This document shows, piece after piece, positions 19,284 through 28,092 of a DNA stretch of 64,000 nucleotides. Source of the stretch: an uncultured virus (IMG/VR IMGVR_UViG_3300042447_001246) (taxonomy: Duplodnaviria; Heunggongvirae; Uroviricota; Caudoviricetes); IMG/VR virus record IMGVR_UViG_3300042447_001246. One strand, 5' to 3'. Below the pieces are notes generated by a model, which saw only the letters and a program-made list of their open reading frames with translations, was not told the DNA's origin and made no database searches. The translations under genes were made by a program, and so were the position numbers. Every line of letters starts with the position of its first letter. Position 1 is the first letter of the stretch.

Positions 19284-19941
19284 AGTTGGACATATCTACT
19301 GGTGGGTTTGATTTCAGCCACACATTGACAACCATTACATTTCTAACCCCATACAAACAAGGGCTAGTTTGATGCACAACCCGACCTGCATCAAATATAA
19401 CCAATCGATTTTCTCTAAAGGCAATTCGCTCTCGCATCTCAATCGGGTCAATATGTTTTTTCAAATTTTCCCATTCAAGCGCATTGTGCTCACCAAAGAC
19501 AAGCTTTGATTCAAAAAGCTCAAGAAACCCACCAACCACTTTTTCTTTTGATGGGCCGTAATAGACACACCCAACTTCAGGCCCGTTGTATATTTTTTTA
19601 TCCTGATAAAGAAAAGTGTCTTCATCAACATGGGGTCCAAGAAACTGTCCAGCCCCAAATGTTCTTGTCCAGTACTCAAATCCAAGAACTTCACTTATCG
19701 GCATTGGTAGATTGGTTTCCCATATCTCCCTAATGACTTGCTTCCTAAGTGTGTTGGCCGAAGAAGACCACCAACCATGCCAAAACATATAAGGTGCATA
19801 GCAGCTGGATTTTTCATCATGATAAGAGTTGAGCTCGCTAGCAATGCGTGAATCAGCTGTCATTGGACCAGGGAAAAATGATGCATCCTGGATGATTGCT
19901 GAATAAACAGTCTCATCTATGGCGTCATCGTAAATTTTCAT
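19270..19941 (-). CDS. Putative 2OG-Fe(II) oxygenase
   Basis: 'GFEYWT...HVDEDT', 'GGFLEL', 'NRLVIFDAG..VH' and 'R..MVVNVW'. Confidence 0.75.
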   Translation of the reverse strand: MKIYDDAIDETVYSAIIQDASFFPGPMTADSRIASELNSYHDEKSSCYAPYMFWHGWWSSSANTLRKQVIREIWETNLPMPISEVLGFEYWTRTFGAGQFLGPHVDEDTFLYQDKKIYNGPEVGCVYYGPSKEKVVGGFLELFESKLVFGEHNALEWENLKKHIDPIEMRERIAFRENRLVIFDAGRVVHQTSPCLYGVRNVMVVNVWLKSNPPVDMSNFVYE

Positions 19942-20762
19942 ATATTTTTAACTTTATTCAATTTGTAAAATGGTACGCTTGGCTTTAGGTGGTGGTTAAG
20001 GTGCTTATGGTGTAGTCCGGTAAATATGAATCCAAAAACAAATTTATTATTTTTTGCAGTAAAATTTTGGTTCTCTGCCTCTGTTGTTTTCCCAGAAACG
20101 TACGAATAGCTTATGTGTGGGAACCACGATAAGAAAACGAACACTAGATACGGAAAAATAAAGGTTGGGAAAAGCCATATGAACGTAAATTCCATCAGTT
20201 TCCCAAACATATACGACGAAAGAAATAAGACGAAAGTTGCTCTGTAAAAATTAACTTGAGCCTTATCTTTATACATTAAATACGCAAATATCGCCTCTCT
20301 TCTGCCTAACGTTTTTTTTAAAAGCTTAATGCCACCTGGAAAACAAACAACTACTTTTTCGTACAATCTTTTTGTTGGGAATTCAATTATTGAAATAGCA
20401 CCATCCGAACAACTACTATCAGGGTCCAATTTTGAATTTGCGTACCTATGATGCGCGATATGTAATTTGCCGTAACCCAAAAACGGCAAACCCAAAAACA
20501 CGGAACTAGAATGACCAACTAACTTATTCAAAAATTTAAACTTTTTTATTCCACCGTTTACGTTCCCGTGTATTGCCTCGTGCATTACCACAAATAGGTA
20601 GTAACAAATTACCGTGTTTATTAATGTGGCGATAAACAGTGGGAAATGCCCAACAATGGAAACTAACGCAACCAACACGTAGGAGAACATAAGAGAAATC
20701 CAGAAAAAAATTATCGGCCACCTTATTCCGTCGTTTGTTTTGTCTGGGTACAGTTGGTTCAC
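19938..20762 (-). CDS. Membrane His-box desaturase/hydroxylase (fatty acid desaturase family)
   Basis: Three His boxes (HEAIH, HIAHH, HLNHHL) plus 'P.VPFYKL' and several TM segments. Confidence 0.8.
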   Translation of the reverse strand: MNQLYPDKTNDGIRWPIIFFWISLMFSYVLVALVSIVGHFPLFIATLINTVICYYLFVVMHEAIHGNVNGGIKKFKFLNKLVGHSSSVFLGLPFLGYGKLHIAHHRYANSKLDPDSSCSDGAISIIEFPTKRLYEKVVVCFPGGIKLLKKTLGRREAIFAYLMYKDKAQVNFYRATFVLFLSSYMFGKLMEFTFIWLFPTFIFPYLVFVFLSWFPHISYSYVSGKTTEAENQNFTAKNNKFVFGFIFTGLHHKHLNHHLKPSVPFYKLNKVKNI

Positions 20763-21454
20763 AGGTACCCACTACCAACCGTATCGCGTAGATACTCTAG
20801 GTCAAAATCAAATATTAAAACCACCCTGTCATTTGTTCCTTCGTGTATTACAGAGTGCCTGTATGGCGGGCCATCCTTGAACGCAAGAATTTTCCCCTCA
20901 TCCCATGTCCTGGTCTCATTTCCAACGGTAATTTTGCATTGTTTATCGTTTACAATGCATAAGTGACATCTCATTATTTTGTCAGAACCATTGTGTGGAT
21001 TAATTATTGCCCCTGGTTTCACTATGCTGAACATTCCGCCAGAACACTGTCCATCATCTGCAAACTCTGAGACTATTGAATTAAATGTCTTAAAATAAGA
21101 ACTTGAGTAATCAAGATGTGCCTCTAGGTCTTTTTTTGTCTTCCACTTAACCACGCTACCCAGCAGTTCGGTATTTCCCCACTGCCTGCTATCTGCGCTT
21201 GGTCTTGTCCCAGCAAAACAAACATCCCACACCCCTGAATAAAGGTCTATTTCTTCTTCTTCTTCTTTTTCGTTTGATTTTATCTTGAGCTTTGGCGACG
21301 CAAGAGTGTTGCCGCCACCCCTGGTTGGGAATGGGTGGCTATGTTCCATATAGGAATTAAATTCGTCTTTTATAGAGAGCCAATTTTTTTCAATCTCCAC
21401 GCATACGGGGATTTCCCTAATAATATCATCCCAGAATGCTGGCTCCATTGACAT
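20759..21454 (-). CDS. Aspartyl/asparaginyl beta-hydroxylase (AspH/LpxO-like) 2OG oxygenase
   Basis: 'FSIVKPGAIINPHNG...RCHL..V.NETRTWDEGKILAF.D...HSVIHEG...RVVLIFD'. Start taken at MSMEP. Confidence 0.85.
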   Translation of the reverse strand: MSMEPAFWDDIIREIPVCVEIEKNWLSIKDEFNSYMEHSHPFPTRGGGNTLASPKLKIKSNEKEEEEEIDLYSGVWDVCFAGTRPSADSRQWGNTELLGSVVKWKTKKDLEAHLDYSSSYFKTFNSIVSEFADDGQCSGGMFSIVKPGAIINPHNGSDKIMRCHLCIVNDKQCKITVGNETRTWDEGKILAFKDGPPYRHSVIHEGTNDRVVLIFDFDLEYLRDTVGSGYL

Positions 21455-21455
21455 T

Positions 21456-22217
21456 TTAGTCCTTAACGAAAGCCGTGTATCCGTAACTTTCAGAGTTGTG
21501 AAATGTGCTTCCATTTGAAAACTTTAGCACTTCGTGTAAATCACTTAGTGGGTGCAGGTTGTAATCGTCTCTGTAAATCTTCCCGGAATTGTTTGTTGAG
21601 TTTATCAGCAGCACACCGCCAGAAGACAGGGAGCCAATGCATTTTTCAAGCAACTCTATATCGTAAGCAACATCCCAGCCCATAACTTGAATTAGGTCAA
21701 AACCGGAAGCCTCTCCGTCGCCTATCTCGTCTGGCTCGACAACGCCATAACTTGTATCTCTAAGGCTTTCCGAACCGATACTCATGGAGTGGTCACGTAG
21801 AAAAGTTTCAAAATTATAAAGAGATTGATTGTTAACAAAATTTATGCTGATGTTTTTTCTCTTAGAGAATTCTATGAATTGCGAACTCCACAAATCCGGA
21901 CTAAAAAACAGTATTTTTTCTGGATTCTTGACAGACATAAACAACTCAACCGAGTTATGCATGTTTGCCATTATCTCTCTCCACCCAGTCTGTGGGTTTA
22001 GGAGCAAATCCATATACCAAACCCCCTCCGAAGTACCCCTGGATGCGATTGACATATTCAAGTTCAAGGATGCTCGCCAATCAATTGCTTTTTGCGCTGA
22101 CTCAAAGACCTCGTTAGTTATATCTTCCCAGGATGATTCCGTCCCCAGAACACGCTGCATGGGAGTATTACTCAACAGATGCGTAACCATTGCAGTACGT
22201 AGCCACCTATTGTCCAT
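21456..22217 (-). CDS. Hypothetical protein with a class I methyltransferase-like C-terminal fold
   Basis: 'FDLIQV...LLEKCIGSLSSGGVLLI' resembles the late SAM-MTase motifs, but there is no clear GxG motif I. Start taken at MDNRW. Confidence 0.4.
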   Translation of the reverse strand: MDNRWLRTAMVTHLLSNTPMQRVLGTESSWEDITNEVFESAQKAIDWRASLNLNMSIASRGTSEGVWYMDLLLNPQTGWREIMANMHNSVELFMSVKNPEKILFFSPDLWSSQFIEFSKRKNISINFVNNQSLYNFETFLRDHSMSIGSESLRDTSYGVVEPDEIGDGEASGFDLIQVMGWDVAYDIELLEKCIGSLSSGGVLLINSTNNSGKIYRDDYNLHPLSDLHEVLKFSNGSTFHNSESYGYTAFVKD

Positions 22218-22527
22218 TTTCAGACGCCTTTGCCAACTTGTAGTTCCAGTATGCCTCTCGTGCAATACTTGTCATCTTTACATTTATTTTTGCCAAAAAT
22301 CTTGGTATTGAATTAGACGTATAATCAGCGCTTGCGCCTCCCCTAATGTCACTGCTGTACTTCCAGAGCTGGCGTATTTTTACAGCTGCGTAATCAATCC
22401 TCATTGAATCAATGTCGCTTGGGTCTTGGTCTGTAATAAAACATATGACCGCAAGTTTTTGTTCATTTCTTTTGGCGTCTTTTTCGGCGTCGTACAAGTT
22501 TGCTCCGCCACTTTCCCTAGTTCTCAT
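22207..22527 (-). CDS. Hypothetical protein
   Basis: 106-aa ORF, overlapping its neighbours in a co-oriented operon. Confidence 0.6.
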   Translation of the reverse strand: MRTRESGGANLYDAEKDAKRNEQKLAVICFITDQDPSDIDSMRIDYAAVKIRQLWKYSSDIRGGASADYTSNSIPRFLAKINVKMTSIAREAYWNYKLAKASENGQ

Positions 22528-22825
22528 TTGCTATTTCCTCCACTAATTCGTTACGGGTGAAGTCTCCAGGTTCTGTTTCTTCCCATTTTCTCTGTGGGTC
22601 ATTTGACTGGAGTAGGTCGCAAAAAAAGGCAGCTCCATCTGGGAGTTCAAAGGATAAAAGCGCTGGATTCCAGCGAGGAACTTGGCTATCCCTATTCGGG
22701 TTTTGCATTGGTTCTTGGATGAATGGATAATCCGGGTCCATATCTGGGCATATTTCATACCTCCCAGAATTTAGTGCAATTTCGACTATTGAAATCTTCC
22801 GTGGTATTTTTGGAGCTATTTTCAT
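22517..22825 (-). CDS. Hypothetical protein
   Basis: 102-aa ORF in the operon. Confidence 0.6.
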   Translation of the reverse strand: MKIAPKIPRKISIVEIALNSGRYEICPDMDPDYPFIQEPMQNPNRDSQVPRWNPALLSFELPDGAAFFCDLLQSNDPQRKWEETEPGDFTRNELVEEIANEN

Positions 22826-22834
22826 AACCGCCCA

Positions 22835-23068
22835 CTAATCCCGGAGTCTTGCCAGCGCCGCCAATTGAAGTTTCAAACATTCGTATGCATCGTACTGTGC
22901 AAGCAATGCAGTGTTTTCGTTTACCGAAAGGTCAACTGGGTTTTCCATACCAGCCTCTAGGTCATCATCTTCCACACCAAGAACAAAAGCAAGCGTGTAT
23001 ATTGAGTATTCGAGTATCTGAATTGCTTCAGCCTTGGCCTTTGCCAATTGTTCTGGTGTTAGTGCCAT
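22835..23068 (-). CDS. Hypothetical helical protein
   Basis: 77-aa ORF in the operon. Confidence 0.6.
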   Translation of the reverse strand: MALTPEQLAKAKAEAIQILEYSIYTLAFVLGVEDDDLEAGMENPVDLSVNENTALLAQYDAYECLKLQLAALARLRD

Positions 23069-23077
23069 GTTGGAAGC

Positions 23078-23314
23078 TTACTCAGCAATTCTTAACTTGA
23101 TGTTGTTAATCTTTGAGATAAAATCAGCAATCAATTTGTGGCCATGAATAATGCCGTTTGAGTCCATACCTGGGGTGAAGTTGACATCATCAAACGTGTC
23201 TGGGTCGAAACCTTCTTGGAGCAGTCTCTCCATAAGCTGTCTCTCAATGTCCTTCAGGGTGCGCTGATAAACAAGCTTTTTTTCCTGAGTTGTAAAAGAA
23301 GATTCAAATTTCAT
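23078..23314 (-). CDS. Hypothetical helical protein
   Basis: 78-aa ORF with a GGAG RBS and TAGAAT (23352-23357, minus) upstream. Confidence 0.65.
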   Translation of the reverse strand: MKFESSFTTQEKKLVYQRTLKDIERQLMERLLQEGFDPDTFDDVNFTPGMDSNGIIHGHKLIADFISKINNIKLRIAE

Positions 23315-23359
23315 GGCTGCTCCGTAATCCGTACGTTGGACAAGTACCCATATTCTACA

Positions 23360-24061
23360 CTACGGATTGGCCAATTTCGGCAGACCAGTGAATGTCGGCC
23401 CTATCCGATTATCGTCAGCGTCAAGACCTGTACGAATCCCTTTGGTCCAAGTCCATGGTTTTTCAATACCATTTCGCGCCTTGAGTTCACCATATTTCAT
23501 TCTAGAATCCACCAGCTCGGCATCGTCCCAGAAATTTGAAACAATAACTTCGGTGTTTTCCAGAATTGAATTATCGTAAATATTAAAAAAACAAAATGGA
23601 CTTCCTGCTTCAAAAACTACAGGCTCTCCAATTTTTGTTATTTTCCAGTTCATTTGAGATTCATCCGGCCACCAGTAGCTGGGTATTGTCGCAGTGAGCG
23701 GTATTGCTCCATCTACAAAATAGTTTGGAGAGCCTGAAAACCACGTGTTGTAACCTTCTTCAGTATTAATGACCCACCCCATATGGATGGAAATCATTCC
23801 TATTATTGAAGATGTAGCCTGAACGCGACCGGATGAAGATATCTCGCCAGAAAGAATAACGGGAGGAGTATTTCCTCCATCCCACTGGACAACAAGGTCT
23901 TCCTCCATTTGCAATTCCCATCCGTAGACGTTTGCAACAGTCATTGGCAGGCACTGATAAGCGTGTTTATTGTAGGTGTTATCCATCCAGTCTCTTTTAA
24001 TACGAGACTGTTCTATAACAGGTGGTTTCGAGTGCATTTTTTTAAGGAATAACTTTGTCAT
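23360..24061 (-). CDS. DUF6065-family protein
   Basis: 'KRDWMDNTYNKHAYQCLPMTVANVYGW' and 'GSPNYFVDG...MNWKIT'. Confidence 0.75.
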   Translation of the reverse strand: MTKLFLKKMHSKPPVIEQSRIKRDWMDNTYNKHAYQCLPMTVANVYGWELQMEEDLVVQWDGGNTPPVILSGEISSSGRVQATSSIIGMISIHMGWVINTEEGYNTWFSGSPNYFVDGAIPLTATIPSYWWPDESQMNWKITKIGEPVVFEAGSPFCFFNIYDNSILENTEVIVSNFWDDAELVDSRMKYGELKARNGIEKPWTWTKGIRTGLDADDNRIGPTFTGLPKLANP

Positions 24062-24792
24062 TTTTTAAAAATAAACCTTTCCCCAATGTCGCTAGATGTT
24101 GAAAAAACATTTGACTTATCGTATGTTGCTTTTTCCCCGTCAAGGTCTTTGCCGTAACCTTTCCACATTTTATGGAATCTGTCATTGTAGTCAAACATTG
24201 TAACTGCTGCGTATTTGGTACCCCTCGTTACAGGCAGAGATGCATGAGCATAAATGTATGTAGATGGGAACATCACTATGTCGCCATAAGTTGGTTTGAA
24301 CTTTATGTCAAGGTATGGGAACCATAATTCTCCACCCTCGTAATCGTCATTTAAATACATAACCGAAGACACTGTGCATATGTAAGAAAAACCATGGTCA
24401 GCGTGTATGCTGAAGTGCTGCCCCTCCCTGTATCTAACATAATTAATTGCCTCCATAAAATCCATGCGCAAGTTGTATCTTGCTTCGTAATCTTGAAGGC
24501 AGGCTGTTAATCCATATACGGTATCGTTGTATATATTTATTAATTCAGAAAATTCTGATGGACAATTTTCAAGATGTGTTGGACTTATTTTACAGTCCAC
24601 GCAATCTCTGTAGTCCTTCATTACTTCACCATCGCCAACCAGCGCCTGCATCCATGAGTATGGTGGCGTACTGCTTCCCCCAACAGTCGCCTCGAGGCGC
24701 TCTGGGATTCTCAAATCCTCGCTAAGCACATTTCTGTAAACTAGAAAACCTGCTTTGGGGTCGCCAACATATTCTACTTCAATGTTTTTCAT
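24058..24792 (-). CDS. 2OG-Fe(II) oxygenase (P4H-like, RDC subgroup)
   Basis: 'YRDCVDCK', HAD, 'YLNDDYEGGELWFP' and 'FPSTYIYAH'. Confidence 0.85.
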   Translation of the reverse strand: MKNIEVEYVGDPKAGFLVYRNVLSEDLRIPERLEATVGGSSTPPYSWMQALVGDGEVMKDYRDCVDCKISPTHLENCPSEFSELINIYNDTVYGLTACLQDYEARYNLRMDFMEAINYVRYREGQHFSIHADHGFSYICTVSSVMYLNDDYEGGELWFPYLDIKFKPTYGDIVMFPSTYIYAHASLPVTRGTKYAAVTMFDYNDRFHKMWKGYGKDLDGEKATYDKSNVFSTSSDIGERFIFKK

Positions 24793-24796
24793 GAAA

Positions 24797-25330
24797 TCAT
24801 CCTACACCCTCAAACCAGAGCGGCAACACCAAGCGATAGCCGTTTTTTACATTATCCACATAGTGCGAATAATCGATTCCGCTTGGGAAAAGCACGCAGC
24901 TACGAGCAATTGGTTTGTATGAAATAGATAATTTTGGAAAAACTAGTTCTCCTCCTAAAAAATCATCATTAAAGTAAACAATCGAAGAAACAACAAAATT
25001 TGAACAGCCATCCTTGTGGGAGCCATCCATGTTGACATTGTCTGCATGCTCTTCCGGTTTGTGGCCGACCTCCGTTTTGAACAAATTTGGCACACAGGAA
25101 TCAAGACTCAAACCGAACATTTCCTCAGCAGCAATTCGCACCCTTTCGGAAATAGAAAAAAGAATACCGTAGACAAAATCGTCTAAACACAAAATATAAT
25201 CACTACTGTAATACCTTACGCAATCATCGTCTTTTGCGTGATTTTCAACTTCTGGATATTTATTTACAAATTCAATAATTAACGAGCGTTCTTTCTCGGA
25301 AATAAAATTAAATTCATAGAATATTTTCAC
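24797..25330 (-). CDS. 2OG-Fe(II) oxygenase (P4H-like)
   Basis: HAD, 'YFNDDFLGGELVFP' and 'HYVD.V..GYRL'. Confidence 0.85.
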   Translation of the reverse strand: MKIFYEFNFISEKERSLIIEFVNKYPEVENHAKDDDCVRYYSSDYILCLDDFVYGILFSISERVRIAAEEMFGLSLDSCVPNLFKTEVGHKPEEHADNVNMDGSHKDGCSNFVVSSIVYFNDDFLGGELVFPKLSISYKPIARSCVLFPSGIDYSHYVDNVKNGYRLVLPLWFEGVG

Positions 25331-25960
25331 TCACTTCTCCACAGTATAAAAAGATGGCGTTGTATACCTGTAGCCTTTTTCAATCATGGTCACACCATGC
25401 AAATAATTAACATCTCCTGGGTGTATTACTGCTAAACCTGGTCTTGGTTTAACGCTGATTTCGTGTTGCGGATAATAAAGTTCGCCACCGTCAAAATCAT
25501 CGTTGTAATAAAATAACGAGTTTATATCGTAATTTACAAAAGCGTTTGGTCTTCCATCATTGAGCTGTTTGTCTGCATGCGGGCGTTGCTCTATCCCGGG
25601 TCGCCACTTCATTATCACGGGTGGTCGGACTGATACCTGTACATTGAAAATATTTTCAATTGTGTTCTTCATTTTATGTATATATTTATCTATTATTTTA
25701 TGGACATCAGGATTTAGTCTAAGAATGATTTCGCTGCTGCACTGTCTATCATTCCAATAATCAGCGTTGTACAAACATGTTCCATCTTCCGAGTAAACGC
25801 TTTCTGCTTCATTGTTCCACTCGTTTATAGTTGGGCAAAAATTTTGTATTTTGTTTAGGTCTTCTTGGTCTATAAAATTTTCGATTATATGAATATTTTC
25901 TGGACCGCTACCAAAATGGCCCGGTGGTATTTCCCATGGTGAATTTTCAATTGCCGACAT
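25331..25960 (-). CDS. 2OG-Fe(II) oxygenase (P4H-like)
   Basis: HAD, 'YYNDDFDGGELYYP' and 'HGVT.I..GYRYT'. Confidence 0.85.
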   Translation of the reverse strand: MSAIENSPWEIPPGHFGSGPENIHIIENFIDQEDLNKIQNFCPTINEWNNEAESVYSEDGTCLYNADYWNDRQCSSEIILRLNPDVHKIIDKYIHKMKNTIENIFNVQVSVRPPVIMKWRPGIEQRPHADKQLNDGRPNAFVNYDINSLFYYNDDFDGGELYYPQHEISVKPRPGLAVIHPGDVNYLHGVTMIEKGYRYTTPSFYTVEK

Positions 25961-25978
25961 GTCAACAAGACTACCAAA

Positions 25979-26740
25979 TTACCGTTTCTGCACCAAATCA
26001 TACAAATATTGGTCTATCTCAGAACGTCGTTTTATTTCTTTTATGTGGCTTTTATCTGGTTTGAATCCATTTTTATTTGAACAATTTAATGTGTTATAAA
26101 TTGATTTATCCAAAGAAAAACCATGTGATTTTTTTAATTTTTGCTCAAGCCAGCTAATTGCCTCTAATCTTTTAGGAAGCGAAAACAAGTTCATATATTC
26201 AATTAACTCTTTTATCCCATCTTCGTCCGGCATGTCATTTTCTATAAAAACAATATTTTCATCATTCCGAACATCGTCATTACTAAGCGACACAAGAGAC
26301 TTGTCAACAAATGCAATTCTGCAAAACAACATTTTTGACTGTATGTTTCCAGAGTTTGAAAACAGCTCATTAACCCCAAAGGGTGTCATGTTCCCATAGA
26401 TGAACTCATCCATGTATTCATTCGACATTTTTAAACCAGCGCCAACTGATGCGTAAGCCGCAATACTCACAAAATGCTCTACTGGGTCTCTGACTATTGA
26501 GAAAACTTCAAAGCCGTCGTTATTGTAAACAATTGGATTTTTTGCAAAGTGTCCAGATATGAAAGGAAAGTCTCTCATTCCTTCGTCGTCGTACATTAGC
26601 TGTGATTCATGTGCGTCTGGTAAATACACATCAACAATTCCATTATTGTAAAATGTTTTCCATAGTGCGTGGCAAATACCCATTCCTGAAGTTCTGGGTA
26701 TATGCAAGTGGTACAAGCGCTTCATAAATTTATCGTGCAT
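25979..26740 (-). CDS. Sulfotransferase family 2-like protein
   Basis: 5'-PSB-like 'HLHIPRTSG', 'ISGHF', 3'-PB-like 'VRDPVEHFVS' and C-terminal 'D..LY'. Confidence 0.75.
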   Translation of the reverse strand: MHDKFMKRLYHLHIPRTSGMGICHALWKTFYNNGIVDVYLPDAHESQLMYDDEGMRDFPFISGHFAKNPIVYNNDGFEVFSIVRDPVEHFVSIAAYASVGAGLKMSNEYMDEFIYGNMTPFGVNELFSNSGNIQSKMLFCRIAFVDKSLVSLSNDDVRNDENIVFIENDMPDEDGIKELIEYMNLFSLPKRLEAISWLEQKLKKSHGFSLDKSIYNTLNCSNKNGFKPDKSHIKEIKRRSEIDQYLYDLVQKR

Positions 26741-27479
26741 CAAGAATTCTTTTTTGTTCTTTAGTAAAAAGTATGTTGTAAATTTCAAAATCTAGCCAAA
26801 TTTTTGACATGATTAAATTTTTATGTTTTTTGCTTATCTTAAAATCTAGTCTTGGTGTTGAATTTACTATCTCAATGCTGTTCTCTATTTTTATCTGAAA
26901 CAAATCATACAAATACGCATTTAAAATATTGATAAAATAATCTCTATTTACAACAGTTCCAATAATTATGTTTTCAATTTTATTCATCACATCTTCTATT
27001 GATTGTGGTTTTTCCACAAACACAACTTTTTCGTGATTTGCAGTTTGCAATGCGAGGTATGAAGTCTTTGAATAAAGAAAACAAGACTGAGGGTTTTCGC
27101 AGCCGGACATACCCTCAAATTGAGACAACATTTCATTGCCCTCTGTCAAAAAAAAATCAAGAAAATCTTCCGTGAACGGTTGATTCGTATAGCTCGCAGC
27201 GTATTTTAATGTGCTTAGGTATTGTTCGTATGGCTCACGAATCATAGAAAATGAAAAAATGTTTTTAACTGTTTCTATTGGATTTCTCCCGAAATGTCCA
27301 CAGATTATTTCATTTGTTTTGGCTGTATCTGGGTTGAATACAAATTCAAATTCGCCCGGCAAATACACAGAAGGCTTAACTTTGTTTTTGCATTTACGAG
27401 CAGCATTTAACAAGTCGTACTGCATCTTCATTCCGGATGTTTTTGGTATGTGCAAAAAATAAGCTTTTTTATATTTCAT
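26730..27479 (-). CDS. Sulfotransferase family 2-like protein
   Basis: 'FLHIPKTSG', 'ICGHF', 'IREPYEQYLS' and 'LDFEIY'. Confidence 0.8.
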   Translation of the reverse strand: MKYKKAYFLHIPKTSGMKMQYDLLNAARKCKNKVKPSVYLPGEFEFVFNPDTAKTNEIICGHFGRNPIETVKNIFSFSMIREPYEQYLSTLKYAASYTNQPFTEDFLDFFLTEGNEMLSQFEGMSGCENPQSCFLYSKTSYLALQTANHEKVVFVEKPQSIEDVMNKIENIIIGTVVNRDYFINILNAYLYDLFQIKIENSIEIVNSTPRLDFKISKKHKNLIMSKIWLDFEIYNILFTKEQKRILDAR

Positions 27480-28083
27480 TAATTTTAGCCATGTCAACCA
27501 ACATTTTATTTTTTGTTGGAACCCAAAAATGGGCAGATGTGTACCGCACGCCAGAAATAATTTCGTTAACTCCGTGAGTGTAATTTCTGTTTGATGGGAA
27601 AAATATGAGTGTCCCAGGTTTCGGTTTAAGTTTTATGTGATATTTTGGGAAAAAAATTTCTCCGCCCTCATAGTTGTCGTTCAAATACATAATTGAACCA
27701 TAATCAACTATGTAGTTGTATGTAGGCCATCCACCTGCGGTTTCTCCGTCAGCATGAAGGTCTTGTCTTTCGCCTGGATGCCATTTCCTTAAACCTGGAT
27801 TTGCTTTTTCGAGTTCTCTACCAAAATGATATTCAATTTCATATTGAACATCATTTACACAATTTTGCAGTATCTGGTGTATCTGCGGAGAATTGTTTTG
27901 TATTTGAATATGTGTATGAATACTGTCAGAACCTAGTGGGCTCTGTGTTCCCCACTCAGTTGTTTTTTTGCAATATTCGTATATTTTTTTTACATTTTCC
28001 GCAGAAATAAAATTTTCTTTTATAACTATGTTTCCAGGGTTTGAAAATGGAAGAGACTCTACATCAATCCAATCTGAATCCAT
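27469..28083 (-). CDS. 2OG-Fe(II) oxygenase (P4H-like)
   Basis: HAD, 'YLNDNYEGGEIFFP' and 'HGVNEIISGVRYT'. Begins 9 nt after the PPFF gene. Confidence 0.85.
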   Translation of the reverse strand: MDSDWIDVESLPFSNPGNIVIKENFISAENVKKIYEYCKKTTEWGTQSPLGSDSIHTHIQIQNNSPQIHQILQNCVNDVQYEIEYHFGRELEKANPGLRKWHPGERQDLHADGETAGGWPTYNYIVDYGSIMYLNDNYEGGEIFFPKYHIKLKPKPGTLIFFPSNRNYTHGVNEIISGVRYTSAHFWVPTKNKMLVDMAKINEI

Positions 28084-28092
28084 CTACAGCGC

